A DNA stretch of 64,000 nucleotides from the NCBI GenBank assembly GCA_035471785.1, contig DATIPQ010000083.1, positions 10,569 to 74,568 of the forward strand, written 5' to 3'. Positions 20,986 to 30,674 of the stretch are shown here, piece by piece. The notes under the pieces are model-generated. The model had not been told where the DNA came from. It ran no database searches and saw nothing but the letters and a program-made list of their open reading frames with translations. Within the stretch, counting starts at the first letter, position 1; every line of letters begins with the position of its first letter. The position numbers were made by a program, and so were the translations under genes. The DNA comes from Acidobacteriota bacterium (lineage in GTDB: Bacteria; Acidobacteriota; UBA6911; RPQK01; DATIPO01).

Positions 20986-23900
20986 TCAGATGGCGCCGGA
21001 GACGCCGTCCTGCGCCTCGGCAGCAGGCGGGCCCTGCCTGAGCCAGAGCAGATTCTCAACTGCTTGGGCCAATCCGGCGACGCTGGCTGCTTCGAAGAAG
21101 GTGCGTAGCGACACTTCGACGCCCAAAGCGTCGCGGATTCGGGAAACCGCCTCAGCCGCCAACAGAGATTGCCCCCCACAGGCGAAGAAATCGTCATGAA
21201 TCCCCACACGGTTAAGAGGCAGAATCTCAAGCCAGACGGCAGCGATGGCTTTCTCGACGGATGTGCGGGGAGCAACGTGGTCCTGGCCTTGGCCGCGGAC
21301 CCCGCGTTCGGGGGCGGGCAGCAAGGCCCGGTCGACTTTGCCGCTCGGCAGCAGGGGCAGGGAGTCCAGCGTCAGGAAAGCGGAGGGCACCAGGGGATGG
21401 GGCAGCATTTCCCTCAGGTGAGCCCTCCATTCTTCCGAGTTGGACTCGCTGTCTGTTTCTGTCACCACGTAGGCTACGATCCGCTTTCCGCTCAAAGGCT
21501 CTTCCAGGACCGCAACTGCGCACTCGCGGACATCCGGGTGGGAGGCGAGGATCGTCTCGATTTCGCCGAGCTCGACGCGGTAACCTCTAATCTTGACCTG
21601 GTGGTCAACCCGTCCCGAGAGTTCGATCTCGCCATCGGGCAGGTATCGTCCCAAGTCTCCCGTGCGGTAGAGTCGGGCGCCTGGCTCAGCGCTGAAAGGA
21701 TTGGGCAAGAATCGTTCTGCCGTAAGTTGGGGGCTGTTCAAGTAACCCCGTGCCACACCCTGTCCGCCGATATGGAGTTCTCCGATAACTCCTTGCGGCA
21801 CCGGCTCTCCGCGGAGGTCGAGAAGATAGACCTGCGTGTTTGCGATCGGCCTGCCGATGGCGGGCGGGCGTGTGGAGTCGCCACCCGGCTCCACGACTCC
21901 GAAGGTAGTCACAACGGAGCACTCGGTCGGTCCGTAATGGTTGACCAGCGCAAAGGCGTCGTCCAGCCGGCCGCGGCGATGGAGTATGTCGCCGCCCGTC
22001 AGCAACGCTTGCAGGGGCGGGGCCTGGGGCCATTGCTCGGCCAGCACTCCCTCGGCCAGAGGGGTGGGCAGAAAGCAATGAGTGATTTCACGCTTTGCCA
22101 GCCAGGAGGGGATCTTGGCCGGCGACCGCCGGATTTCTTCGTCCGCCAGGTGCAGGCTGCTTCCGGCCGTCAGGCAAGCCCACACCTCCCAGGCGCAAGC
22201 ATCGAAGGAAAAGCCAGCCAGTTGGGTGGTCCGATCGTCGGGTCCCAGTCCATAGTATTCCCGATGCCAGGAGACGAGGTTGAGGAGGCCCTGGTGAGTG
22301 ACTCCGACTGCTTTGGGCTTGCCAGTGGAGCCGGAAGTGAAGATGCAGTAGGCGAGATTCAGGGGCTTGCTGCAGCCAATCAGGTCGGCCGGCGATTGTT
22401 GGTCCAGCGCCGCCCGTTGGCTGTCGAGACAACACACCTCGACCGAGCCTGGGGCGACGAGATCCTTGGTCGCCTCCTGGACCAGCACCAGCGACGCCTG
22501 GCTCTCGTCCAGCATGAGGGCCAGGCGGGCCGGCGGCAGTTGGGGATCGAGCGGGACGTAGGCCCCTCCCGCCTTGAGAATGCCCAACAGCCCCACCACC
22601 ATCTCCGGCGACCGCGGCAGGCAGACGGCAACCAGCGACTCGGCGCCGATTCCCAGGCTGCGCAGGTGGCGGGCAAGCCGGTTGGCCCGCCGGTTCAATT
22701 CCTGATAGCTCAGGCACTCGTTTTCGCCGGTTACGGCGGGCGCGTCAGGATTCTCGGCCGCCTGTTCCTGAACTAGCAGATGCACGGCGTCCGCCGCAAG
22801 GGTATCGGCAGCGGTATCGTTCAATCGCGTCAAAAGCCGGCTGCGCTGATGAGGTGTGAGCAGCGGCAAGGCATCGACTACGCCGCTGGGATCCTCCACC
22901 AGCCCCTCAATCAGAACCGAGAAATGGCCGATCAAGCGCCGCAGGGTTTCCCTGCTGTAAAGGGCGGTGGAGTACTCGAAGCCTCCGGAGATGACGCCCT
23001 CGGTTTCAACGATGAAGAGGGAGAGATCGAATTTCGAAGTGCGGTCGTAGGGCTGCAAGCGTGTCATGTCCAGGCCCGACAAGTCTGGGTCCTTGTGCTC
23101 GAGGAGGCTAATGGTGACCTGGAAAATCGGGTGGGCGGCCGGATCGCGTTGCGGACTCAACTCTTCAACCAGTTTTTCGAAGGGAAGGTCCTGATGGGCA
23201 TTGGCGCCCAGAACGGAGGTTCGCACTTGTTCCAGCAGGTCTTCGAAGGTCAGAGCGGGACTGAAGCGCAGGCGCAGAACCAGCATATTCACGAACAGGC
23301 CGACCAGTTCTTCCAGTTGGGTCCGGTCCCGGTTTGCCACCGGATAGCCTATGCAGAGGTCGTCTTGGCCGCTCAGACGATGCAGCAGGATGCCAAAGGC
23401 CGAGGCCAGAGTCATAAACAGGGTCACGTCCTTCTGGCGGCTGAGCCGGCGAAGCCGGTCGCTGACCTCGGCATCCAACTCGAATCCAATCCACGACCCC
23501 TGATGGGACGCCACCGGCGGACGCCTGCGGTCGGACGGCAGATGCAGCGTTTCGGGAACGTCCCGAAGGTAGTGGGTCCAGTAGTTGAGCTGCTCGCGCA
23601 AAGATCCGCCTTCCAGCCGTTCCCGCTGCCAGGCGGCGTAGTCGGCGTATTGCAGTCCCAGTTCGGGCAGAGGTGAATCCTGTCCCGCGCTGAAGGCTTG
23701 ATAGAGAAGGCTCAGTTCACGAGCCAGAATATCCATTGACCAGCCGTCGGCAATCAGATGGTGAAAGGTCAGAAGCAGCACATTTTCATCCTGAGCGATC
23801 TTGATCAAGCGGGCTCGTACAAGGGGTCCCTTGTCGAGTTGAAAGGGCTCCCGGCCTTCCTGCTGTACGATCCTGTGAATCTGAGCCTCGGCATCGCCGT

Positions 23901-26900
23901 TGGCGGCCACTTCGATTAGGGGAAGCGCGATGTTCATTTCTTCGGCGATGATCTGCAGCGGCACCCCTTCGGGAGCCTGGAAGGCGGTGCGCAGACTTTC
24001 ATGGCGCCGCACGATCTCGTTGAGGCTTTTCGTCAGCGCGTCGACGTCGAGCGGTCCCTTGAGGCGCCAGGCGCCAGGCATGTTGTAGAGTCCGCTTTCT
24101 GGATCGAGCTGGTTGAGGAACCACATCCGCTGCTGGGCAAAGGAGGCCGGCGGCGGGCGGCGGCGGTCGGTCCGGGGAATCGGCTCAAGGCGCACCTTTT
24201 GGGCTGCTTCCACCGCCGCGGCCAAGCGGCTCACGGTAGGGGCTGAGAAGAGTTCGCGCAGCAGCAAGTCGCATTGCAGCTTGTGGCGGATACGAGCCAC
24301 AGCCCGGGTGGCCAACAGCGAGTGTCCGCCCAGTTCGAAGAAGTGGTCATCGAGACCGACTCGCCCCACTTGAAGCACTTCGCTGAAGATTTGGGCCAAG
24401 GCGCATTCCGTTGGTGTGCGCGGCGGCAGGTATTCGGTTTCCCGCTTGCTGCCGTCAGGCGCGGGAAGGGCCTTTCTGTCAATCTTGCCGTTGGGCGTCA
24501 GCGGCATCTCCTGCAAGAAGACAATGGCCGCGGGAATCATGAATTCGGGCAGCAGGCTGCGCAGGAACCCGCGGGCCTCGCGCATGATGGTGGCCTCCTC
24601 GCCCGTCACGTAGGCGACCAGGCGGGGCTGGCCTGGAACGTCCTCACGCAATGCCGCCACGCTCTCGGTGGTTCCGGGGCAGCGCCGCAGCGCGCTTTCG
24701 ATCTCGCCCAGCTCGATGCGATAACCGCGGATCTTGACCTGATGGTCGCTACGCCCCAGGAACTCCAGGGAGCCGTCGCCGCGGCGGCGTCCCAGGTCGC
24801 CCGTCCGGTACATCCGGCTTCCCGGTGGGCCGAAGGGATTGGGGAGGAACCGCTCGCCCGTTTGGCTGGGACGATTCCAGTAACCTCGCGCCAGTCCCGC
24901 GCCAGCCAGCCATATCTCGCCGGTGACTCCGATGGGGACGGGCTGCAGGTAGGGGTCGAGAACGTAGACCTGGGTATTGTCGAGAGGATGGCCGATCGAG
25001 ATCCTCTCCGCCCCGTCCACCCGGCAGAGAGTCGCATAAGTCGTATACTCCGTCGGACCGTAGAGATTGTAGATGCGAACTCCCGGCACGGCCTTCCGAA
25101 GTTGCGAAACCAGCTCCTCGCGCAGCGGCTCGCCGGCCAGGTTGATGGTGAGGAGCCCTTGCAGCGACAGTTCCTCATGCAAGAGCGCCTGAGCCGCGGA
25201 AGGCACCGTGTTGAGCAGCGTGGGCGGCGGCGAAAGGTGCCTTTCCGTCAGTGCCAGCGCATTCTTCTCCAGCAGCACCGTGCTTCCGCTCGCCAGGGGT
25301 ACGAACAATTCAAAGATGGAGAGGTCGAAACAAATAGAGGTCGAAAACAGGACCCGTTCCAGGTCCTTCTCCGAGAAGGCCCGCCGGGCCCAGCTGACAA
25401 AGGCGACTGCGTTGGCGTGGGTCAGGGCAACCCCTTTGGGCCGCCCCGTGGAGCCCGATGTGTAGATGCAATAGGCCAGAGTGGAGGGATGCAGCGGCCG
25501 TTGCGGATTGGCGTCGGGCTGCGACTGTTCCCAGGCGCGGTCTTGGTCCAGCACAAGCAGCCGGGCGCCATGTCCTTCCAATCCTTGGGCCAGACCGTCC
25601 TCCGTCAGCAGCAAGTCGGCGCCGCTGTCGGCGATCATCTGAGCCAGGCGTGCGGGAGGATAGGCAGAATCGAGGGGGACGTAGGCTCCTCCCGCCTTGA
25701 GGACGGCCAGCATTGCCACCACCATGTCCAATGAGCGCTCGGTGCAAATCCCCACCAGCTTTTCAGCGGACACCCCCAGGCTGAGGAGATGGTGAGCCAG
25801 GCGGTTGGCCCGGGCGTTCAACTGCCCGTAGCTCAATTCGCCTCCTTCGGTGCTGATGGCCAAGGCTTGCGGCGTTCGTTGCGCCTGTCTCTCGAAGAGC
25901 TTGTGCAGGGTCTTCTCGGCGGGCAGACCTCCTTCTCTATGGTTCCAGTCCGCCAGTAATTGGCGCCGCTCATTTTGGCCGAGCAGCGGAAGGCGGGCCA
26001 GAGCCGCGCCCGGTTCGGCAACGATTCCCCCGAGCAGCACTTCGAAGTGCTCCGCCAGGCGCTCGATGGTTTCCTGTTCGAAAAGGTCAGATGAGTATTC
26101 GAAATCGCCTTCCAGGGCCTGTCCGGCGCCCGTGTCGGAAACGAAAAGCGCCAGGTCGAACTTGGCCGTCTGGTTCTCGGGTTCTACCAGACTGATCTCA
26201 AGACCGGGCAGAGTGACTTCTTTCTGTCCCAGGCTTGGAAGCGTGGTGGCCTTCCCGGAGCGCGAGCCATGGGTGGTGCTGTAGCTGTAGGTGACCTGGA
26301 AGATCGGATGGCGGGACAGGTCCCGCTGGGGCTGGAGTTCTTCCACCAGCTTCTCGAAGGGCAGATCCTTGTGCAGGTCGGCTTCGAGCATCGAATCGCG
26401 CACGCGTGCCAGTTCGTCTCCGAAGGTGTCGCCGGGAGCGATGCGGGTGCGGAGCACCAGGGTATTGGCGAAGATGCCGATCAAGCCTTCGGTCTCCAGG
26501 CGGTCGCGGTTTCCCACCGAGTAGCCGATGCAGAAATCGTCCTGGCCGCTGTAGCGATAGAGGAGCACGTTGAAGGCCGCGGCCATGGTCATGAAGAGCG
26601 TCACCTGTCGGCTTTGGCTGAGTTCGCGAAGGCGCTGGCTCAGTTTCTCGTCGAACTGGAAGGGGACGATTCCGCCGCGGAAGGTTGAGGCCGGCGGACG
26701 CGGCCGGTCGGCGGGCAGGTCAAGCGATCCCGGCGCCCCATTCAAGTAGCGCTGCCAGAACTCGATATGCCCCTGCAGAACTTCGCCCTGCAGCAGATCT
26801 CGCTGCCAGCGGGCGAAATCGGAGTACTGAAAAGGAAGTTCCGCCAGAGGCGGCGGATTGCCTTCGACGAAGCTGCCGTAGAGTATTGAAAGCTCGGTCA

Positions 26901-29900
26901 GAATGACGTCCAGAGACCATCCGTCGGCCACGATGTGGTGGAAGGCGATCATCAGGATGTGCTCGCGGCGGTCCAGGCGCAGAAAGCTGATGCGGATCAT
27001 CGGTCCGCGCACAAGATCGAAAGGCTGGCTGACGTCTTCTTGCAGCCGCAGTTGCGCCTCCGCTTCCGGATCGTCCGCAACGGACAGATCGACCATGTCC
27101 AGAGGCAGTTCGCCCTGATCGAGGACCACGGGTACCGGCCTTCCGTCGACTTCGGTAAAGACGGTGCGCAGCACGTCGTGGCGACGCACGATCTCTTGGA
27201 GGCTGCGCTCAAGAGCGGTTGCATCCAGCGGCCCGCGCAGGCGCCAGGCGACGGCGACGTTGTAGAGTTCGCTCTCGGGCTCGAACTGATCGAGGAACCA
27301 CATCCGCTGCTGGGCGAAGGAAGCCACCAGCGGCAGCGCGGGATCGGCCCGTCCGATGGTATCGTCGCCGACCACTTGAGCATCGAGTACGATGCGCGCC
27401 AACTCGGCAACCGAGGGCGCCACAAAGAGCTCGGAGAGCCGCACCTCGGCATGCAGCGACTTGCGGATGCGCGCGATGACCTGGGTGGCCAGCAGCGAAT
27501 GCCCCCCGAGATCGAAAAAGTTGTCGTGAATGCCCACCCGCGGGACCTTGAGGACGTCGCTCCAGATTTCGGCGAGCAAGCCTTCGGTGGGCGTGCGCGG
27601 CGGTGCGTAGGGGGTGCCGGTATCCCTCTTGGAACCAGGCGCGGGCAGAGCCTTGCGGTCGATCTTGCCGTTGGGCATCAAGGGCAGTGCATCAAGGAAG
27701 ATGTAAGCGGCCGGCAGCATATAATCCGGCAGGGTCTCTTTCAATGCCTCCCGCAGACGATTCTGAGACGGCTTCTCGGCCACGACGTAGGCCATCAGCC
27801 GGCGGTCGCCCGAGGGCTCGTCGGGGGCCACCACAACGGCCGCGCTGACGCCGTCACAGCGCAGCAGCGCGCTTTCGATTTCACCCAACTCGATGCGGTA
27901 GCCGCGGATCTTGACCTGATAGTCGATTCGGCCTAGGAACTCGATTGAGCCGTCGGGAAGATATCTGCCCAGATCGCCGCTCCGGTACATGCGCGCCCCC
28001 GCTGGTCCGAATGGGTTGGGCAAAAAGCTCTGCGCCGTCAGTCCGGGCTGTTGCCAATAGCCTCGGGCCAGCCCCGCGCCGGCGACATAGATCTGGCCGG
28101 GCGAGCCGATCGGAACCGGCTTCATGTGCTCGTCGAGGAGGTAGATCTTAGTATTGGTCACCGGTCGTCCAATAGTGACCTTAGAGCGCCCGTCGACCTG
28201 GCAGAAAGTAGTGTAGACGGTATTCTCGCTGGGTCCGTAGAGGTTGTAGACACGTGCTTGAGGAGCCAGTCCGATGATCTGCTGAACCAATCGGCGCTGC
28301 AAAGGTTCGCCCGCCAGGTTGATCACTTTGACCGAGCGGGGAATGGCGCCGGCATCGACAAGGGCTTGCGCTGCCGACGGCACCGTGTTGATGAGAGTCG
28401 GCCAAGGCCCGGCCCAAGACTCGGTCAGGGCCAGGGCATCACGGACAAGGATCAGCGAAGCGCCGGCGGCCAGCGGCGAGAAAAGTTCGAAGATAGACAG
28501 GTCGAAACAGATGGAGGTCGAAAGCAGCATGCCCTCCAGCTCATCCCCGAAAGTCCGCTCGGCCCAGGTAAGACAAGCCACAGCACTGCTGTGCTGCAGG
28601 GCAATGCCCTTGGGATTTCCGGTCGATCCGGAGGTGTAGATGCAATAGGCGAGATTGCCCGGCTTGGCTCCGCAGTCCGGATTAGCGGTTGGATTGGACT
28701 CGATCGACGACCGGTCGCTGTCCAGGAGGAGGACGTCGAGATCGTCGCTGGGCAGCAGTGGCGACAGACTCGACTCGGTCACCAGAACGGAGGCGCGGCT
28801 GTCAGCCAGCATGAAGGCCAGGCGGGCGGCGGGATAGGTGGGATCGAGCGGCACGTAGGCCCCGCCGGCCTTAAGGATTCCCAGGATGCCGGCCACCAGG
28901 TCAAGCGAGCGGTTGAGGCAGATGCCCACCAGGGTGTCTGGCTCCACTCCCAAGGAGCGCAGCTGATGGGCGACCTGATTGGCGAGGGCATTGAGCGAAC
29001 CGTAGCTGATCGACTTTTCGCCCATGACGACGGCAGTGGCCTCGGGCTTGCGTTCGGCCTGCCACTCGATAAGTTCATGAATGCATGCCTGGGGAAAGTC
29101 GAGTTCCGCTCGGTTCCAATCCACAACGATCTGCCGCAACTCGGGCGGAGTGAGCAAGGGCAGGTCTGCGACGGACGCACCGGGATCGCCGGCGATTCCC
29201 TTCAGGAGGGTTTTGAAGTGCCGGGCCAGCCGCTCGATGGTGGCATGCTGGAAGAGACCGGTGGCGTATTCGAAGCCTCCTTGGAGCCCTCCGGCTGTCT
29301 CCGAGAAGAAGAGCGACAGGTCGAACTTGGCCGTGCGGTCATCGGGTTCGATCTGAGTCAGCTTCAGCCCAGGGAGCTTCAGGTCGTCCTCGGCCAGATA
29401 GCTGAAGAGGACTTGGAACAGAGGCTGACGGGAAAGCTGCCGTTGGGGGCGCAGTTCGGCAACCAGCCGGTCAAAGGGCAGATCGCGGTGTTCATAGGCC
29501 TCCAGCAAGCGCTTCCGCACCTGGCTGAGGACCTGCTTGAAGGAGGGGTTGTGCGACAAGTCGGCGCGCACCACTACGGTGTTGAGGAAAAAGCCCACCA
29601 GGTCCTCTGCTTCGCGATGTCCGCGGCCATCGACTGGAACCCCGATGCAGATGTCTCTTTGCCCGCTCCAGCGAGCGAGCAGGAGGTGGAATGCGGCCAG
29701 CAAAGTCATGAAGAGGGTCGAGCCGTGCTGGCGGGCTATATGCCGCAGAGCAGTCTCGGTCTGAGGCGCCAGGGAGAACTCGACCACTCCGCCCCTGAAG
29801 TCGGGCACGGCCGGACGCACGAAGTCGAAAGGCAGGTCGAGGCTGTCAGGCGCATCGGCCAGACGCGTCCTCCAGTAAGAGAGCTGTCTGTCGAGAATAT

Positions 29901-30666
29901 CTCCTTGCAGCCACTTGCGCTGCCAGACCGCATAGTCGGCGTACTGAGCGGGCAATTCGGGCAGCGGCGAGGAACCGTGCCCGGCAAGAGCCGCGTAGAG
30001 CGCCGCCAAGTCGCGGAAGAGAATGGCAAAGGAGGGCCCGTCGATCATGATGTGATGCATGTTGACGATGAGCAGATGTTGATCGCTCTCCAACCGCAGC
30101 AATTGGACCAGAAACGGGCACTCGTTCTGGAGATCGAAGGAGTGCTCGGCATGTCTTTGCAATATCTCGGCGACAAGCTCTCGCCTTTCCTCGGGCGGGC
30201 GGGCTGAAAGATCGGTCTCCTCGAAGCGGGCCTGTTCCGGCGCGGACACCCATTGGGCGCCTACTCCCTCTACGGTTCCGTAGCGCGTTCGGAGAATCTC
30301 GTGGCGCTCCACAAGTTCGTCAAAGGCCTGGCGCAGGGCCAAGAAGTTGAGATGGCCCTCGATGCTTACGATGCTTCTGAAATTATAGGCCGGTCCGAGA
30401 AGGCCGAGCTGATCGAGGAACCAGAGTCCTTCCTGAGCATAGGAAAGGGGCAGCACATCAGGACGGGGACCCGCGGCCAGGGGAGTGGTCCTGGACACCT
30501 CAGGTTGCTCGAGGAAGGCGATGATCTCCTCTCTGTATCGCCGGAGCTGCGCCATTCTTTCCGGCTTGAGCGAGTCCGCCGGGCGAACCCGCAAACGGTC
30601 TTGGTGGACCCACAACTGAACGCCTTCTTCAGAGAGTTCAGTGAGCAGTTTCCGCACTTCGTTCAT
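20986..30666 (-). CDS. NRPS, three modules: dock-C-A-T-C-A-T-C-A-T
   Basis: C motifs HHIMIDGPS, HHIVADGWS and HHLIADGWS. A3 motifs LAYCIYTSGSTGNPKG, LAYCIYTSGSTGRPKG and LAYCIFTSGSTGKPKA. T motifs FFDLGGHSL, FFELGGHSL and FFACGGQSL. The start is set at MNEVRK (30666), 8 nt after the upstream stop. Confidence 0.95.
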   Translation of the reverse strand: MNEVRKLLTELSEEGVQLWVHQDRLRVRPADSLKPERMAQLRRYREEIIAFLEQPEVSRTTPLAAGPRPDVLPLSYAQEGLWFLDQLGLLGPAYNFRSIVSIEGHLNFLALRQAFDELVERHEILRTRYGTVEGVGAQWVSAPEQARFEETDLSARPPEERRELVAEILQRHAEHSFDLQNECPFLVQLLRLESDQHLLIVNMHHIMIDGPSFAILFRDLAALYAALAGHGSSPLPELPAQYADYAVWQRKWLQGDILDRQLSYWRTRLADAPDSLDLPFDFVRPAVPDFRGGVVEFSLAPQTETALRHIARQHGSTLFMTLLAAFHLLLARWSGQRDICIGVPVDGRGHREAEDLVGFFLNTVVVRADLSHNPSFKQVLSQVRKRLLEAYEHRDLPFDRLVAELRPQRQLSRQPLFQVLFSYLAEDDLKLPGLKLTQIEPDDRTAKFDLSLFFSETAGGLQGGFEYATGLFQHATIERLARHFKTLLKGIAGDPGASVADLPLLTPPELRQIVVDWNRAELDFPQACIHELIEWQAERKPEATAVVMGEKSISYGSLNALANQVAHQLRSLGVEPDTLVGICLNRSLDLVAGILGILKAGGAYVPLDPTYPAARLAFMLADSRASVLVTESSLSPLLPSDDLDVLLLDSDRSSIESNPTANPDCGAKPGNLAYCIYTSGSTGNPKGIALQHSSAVACLTWAERTFGDELEGMLLSTSICFDLSIFELFSPLAAGASLILVRDALALTESWAGPWPTLINTVPSAAQALVDAGAIPRSVKVINLAGEPLQRRLVQQIIGLAPQARVYNLYGPSENTVYTTFCQVDGRSKVTIGRPVTNTKIYLLDEHMKPVPIGSPGQIYVAGAGLARGYWQQPGLTAQSFLPNPFGPAGARMYRSGDLGRYLPDGSIEFLGRIDYQVKIRGYRIELGEIESALLRCDGVSAAVVVAPDEPSGDRRLMAYVVAEKPSQNRLREALKETLPDYMLPAAYIFLDALPLMPNGKIDRKALPAPGSKRDTGTPYAPPRTPTEGLLAEIWSDVLKVPRVGIHDNFFDLGGHSLLATQVIARIRKSLHAEVRLSELFVAPSVAELARIVLDAQVVGDDTIGRADPALPLVASFAQQRMWFLDQFEPESELYNVAVAWRLRGPLDATALERSLQEIVRRHDVLRTVFTEVDGRPVPVVLDQGELPLDMVDLSVADDPEAEAQLRLQEDVSQPFDLVRGPMIRISFLRLDRREHILMIAFHHIVADGWSLDVILTELSILYGSFVEGNPPPLAELPFQYSDFARWQRDLLQGEVLQGHIEFWQRYLNGAPGSLDLPADRPRPPASTFRGGIVPFQFDEKLSQRLRELSQSRQVTLFMTMAAAFNVLLYRYSGQDDFCIGYSVGNRDRLETEGLIGIFANTLVLRTRIAPGDTFGDELARVRDSMLEADLHKDLPFEKLVEELQPQRDLSRHPIFQVTYSYSTTHGSRSGKATTLPSLGQKEVTLPGLEISLVEPENQTAKFDLALFVSDTGAGQALEGDFEYSSDLFEQETIERLAEHFEVLLGGIVAEPGAALARLPLLGQNERRQLLADWNHREGGLPAEKTLHKLFERQAQRTPQALAISTEGGELSYGQLNARANRLAHHLLSLGVSAEKLVGICTERSLDMVVAMLAVLKAGGAYVPLDSAYPPARLAQMIADSGADLLLTEDGLAQGLEGHGARLLVLDQDRAWEQSQPDANPQRPLHPSTLAYCIYTSGSTGRPKGVALTHANAVAFVSWARRAFSEKDLERVLFSTSICFDLSIFELFVPLASGSTVLLEKNALALTERHLSPPPTLLNTVPSAAQALLHEELSLQGLLTINLAGEPLREELVSQLRKAVPGVRIYNLYGPTEYTTYATLCRVDGAERISIGHPLDNTQVYVLDPYLQPVPIGVTGEIWLAGAGLARGYWNRPSQTGERFLPNPFGPPGSRMYRTGDLGRRRGDGSLEFLGRSDHQVKIRGYRIELGEIESALRRCPGTTESVAALREDVPGQPRLVAYVTGEEATIMREARGFLRSLLPEFMIPAAIVFLQEMPLTPNGKIDRKALPAPDGSKRETEYLPPRTPTECALAQIFSEVLQVGRVGLDDHFFELGGHSLLATRAVARIRHKLQCDLLLRELFSAPTVSRLAAAVEAAQKVRLEPIPRTDRRRPPPASFAQQRMWFLNQLDPESGLYNMPGAWRLKGPLDVDALTKSLNEIVRRHESLRTAFQAPEGVPLQIIAEEMNIALPLIEVAANGDAEAQIHRIVQQEGREPFQLDKGPLVRARLIKIAQDENVLLLTFHHLIADGWSMDILARELSLLYQAFSAGQDSPLPELGLQYADYAAWQRERLEGGSLREQLNYWTHYLRDVPETLHLPSDRRRPPVASHQGSWIGFELDAEVSDRLRRLSRQKDVTLFMTLASAFGILLHRLSGQDDLCIGYPVANRDRTQLEELVGLFVNMLVLRLRFSPALTFEDLLEQVRTSVLGANAHQDLPFEKLVEELSPQRDPAAHPIFQVTISLLEHKDPDLSGLDMTRLQPYDRTSKFDLSLFIVETEGVISGGFEYSTALYSRETLRRLIGHFSVLIEGLVEDPSGVVDALPLLTPHQRSRLLTRLNDTAADTLAADAVHLLVQEQAAENPDAPAVTGENECLSYQELNRRANRLARHLRSLGIGAESLVAVCLPRSPEMVVGLLGILKAGGAYVPLDPQLPPARLALMLDESQASLVLVQEATKDLVAPGSVEVCCLDSQRAALDQQSPADLIGCSKPLNLAYCIFTSGSTGKPKAVGVTHQGLLNLVSWHREYYGLGPDDRTTQLAGFSFDACAWEVWACLTAGSSLHLADEEIRRSPAKIPSWLAKREITHCFLPTPLAEGVLAEQWPQAPPLQALLTGGDILHRRGRLDDAFALVNHYGPTECSVVTTFGVVEPGGDSTRPPAIGRPIANTQVYLLDLRGEPVPQGVIGELHIGGQGVARGYLNSPQLTAERFLPNPFSAEPGARLYRTGDLGRYLPDGEIELSGRVDHQVKIRGYRVELGEIETILASHPDVRECAVAVLEEPLSGKRIVAYVVTETDSESNSEEWRAHLREMLPHPLVPSAFLTLDSLPLLPSGKVDRALLPAPERGVRGQGQDHVAPRTSVEKAIAAVWLEILPLNRVGIHDDFFACGGQSLLAAEAVSRIRDALGVEVSLRTFFEAASVAGLAQAVENLLWLRQGPPAAEAQDGVSGAI
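30502..30666 (-). other. TubC-type N-terminal docking domain
   Basis: KLLTELSEEGVQLWVHQDRLRVRPADSLKPERMAQLRRYREEIIAFLEQ matches the pattern (L..L...GV.LW.EGDRLR...P.g.L...l...l...K.eil.fL). Confidence 0.6.
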
Positions 30667-30674
30667 GGCGCCCC

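Noticed and set aside
21169-30207. Long plus-strand ORFs (535, 486, 333 and 718 aa, and others) across the three-module NRPS
   Set aside because: All are antisense shadows of a minus-strand ORF that carries complete C/A/T core motifs. Their translations are repetitive and motif-free.
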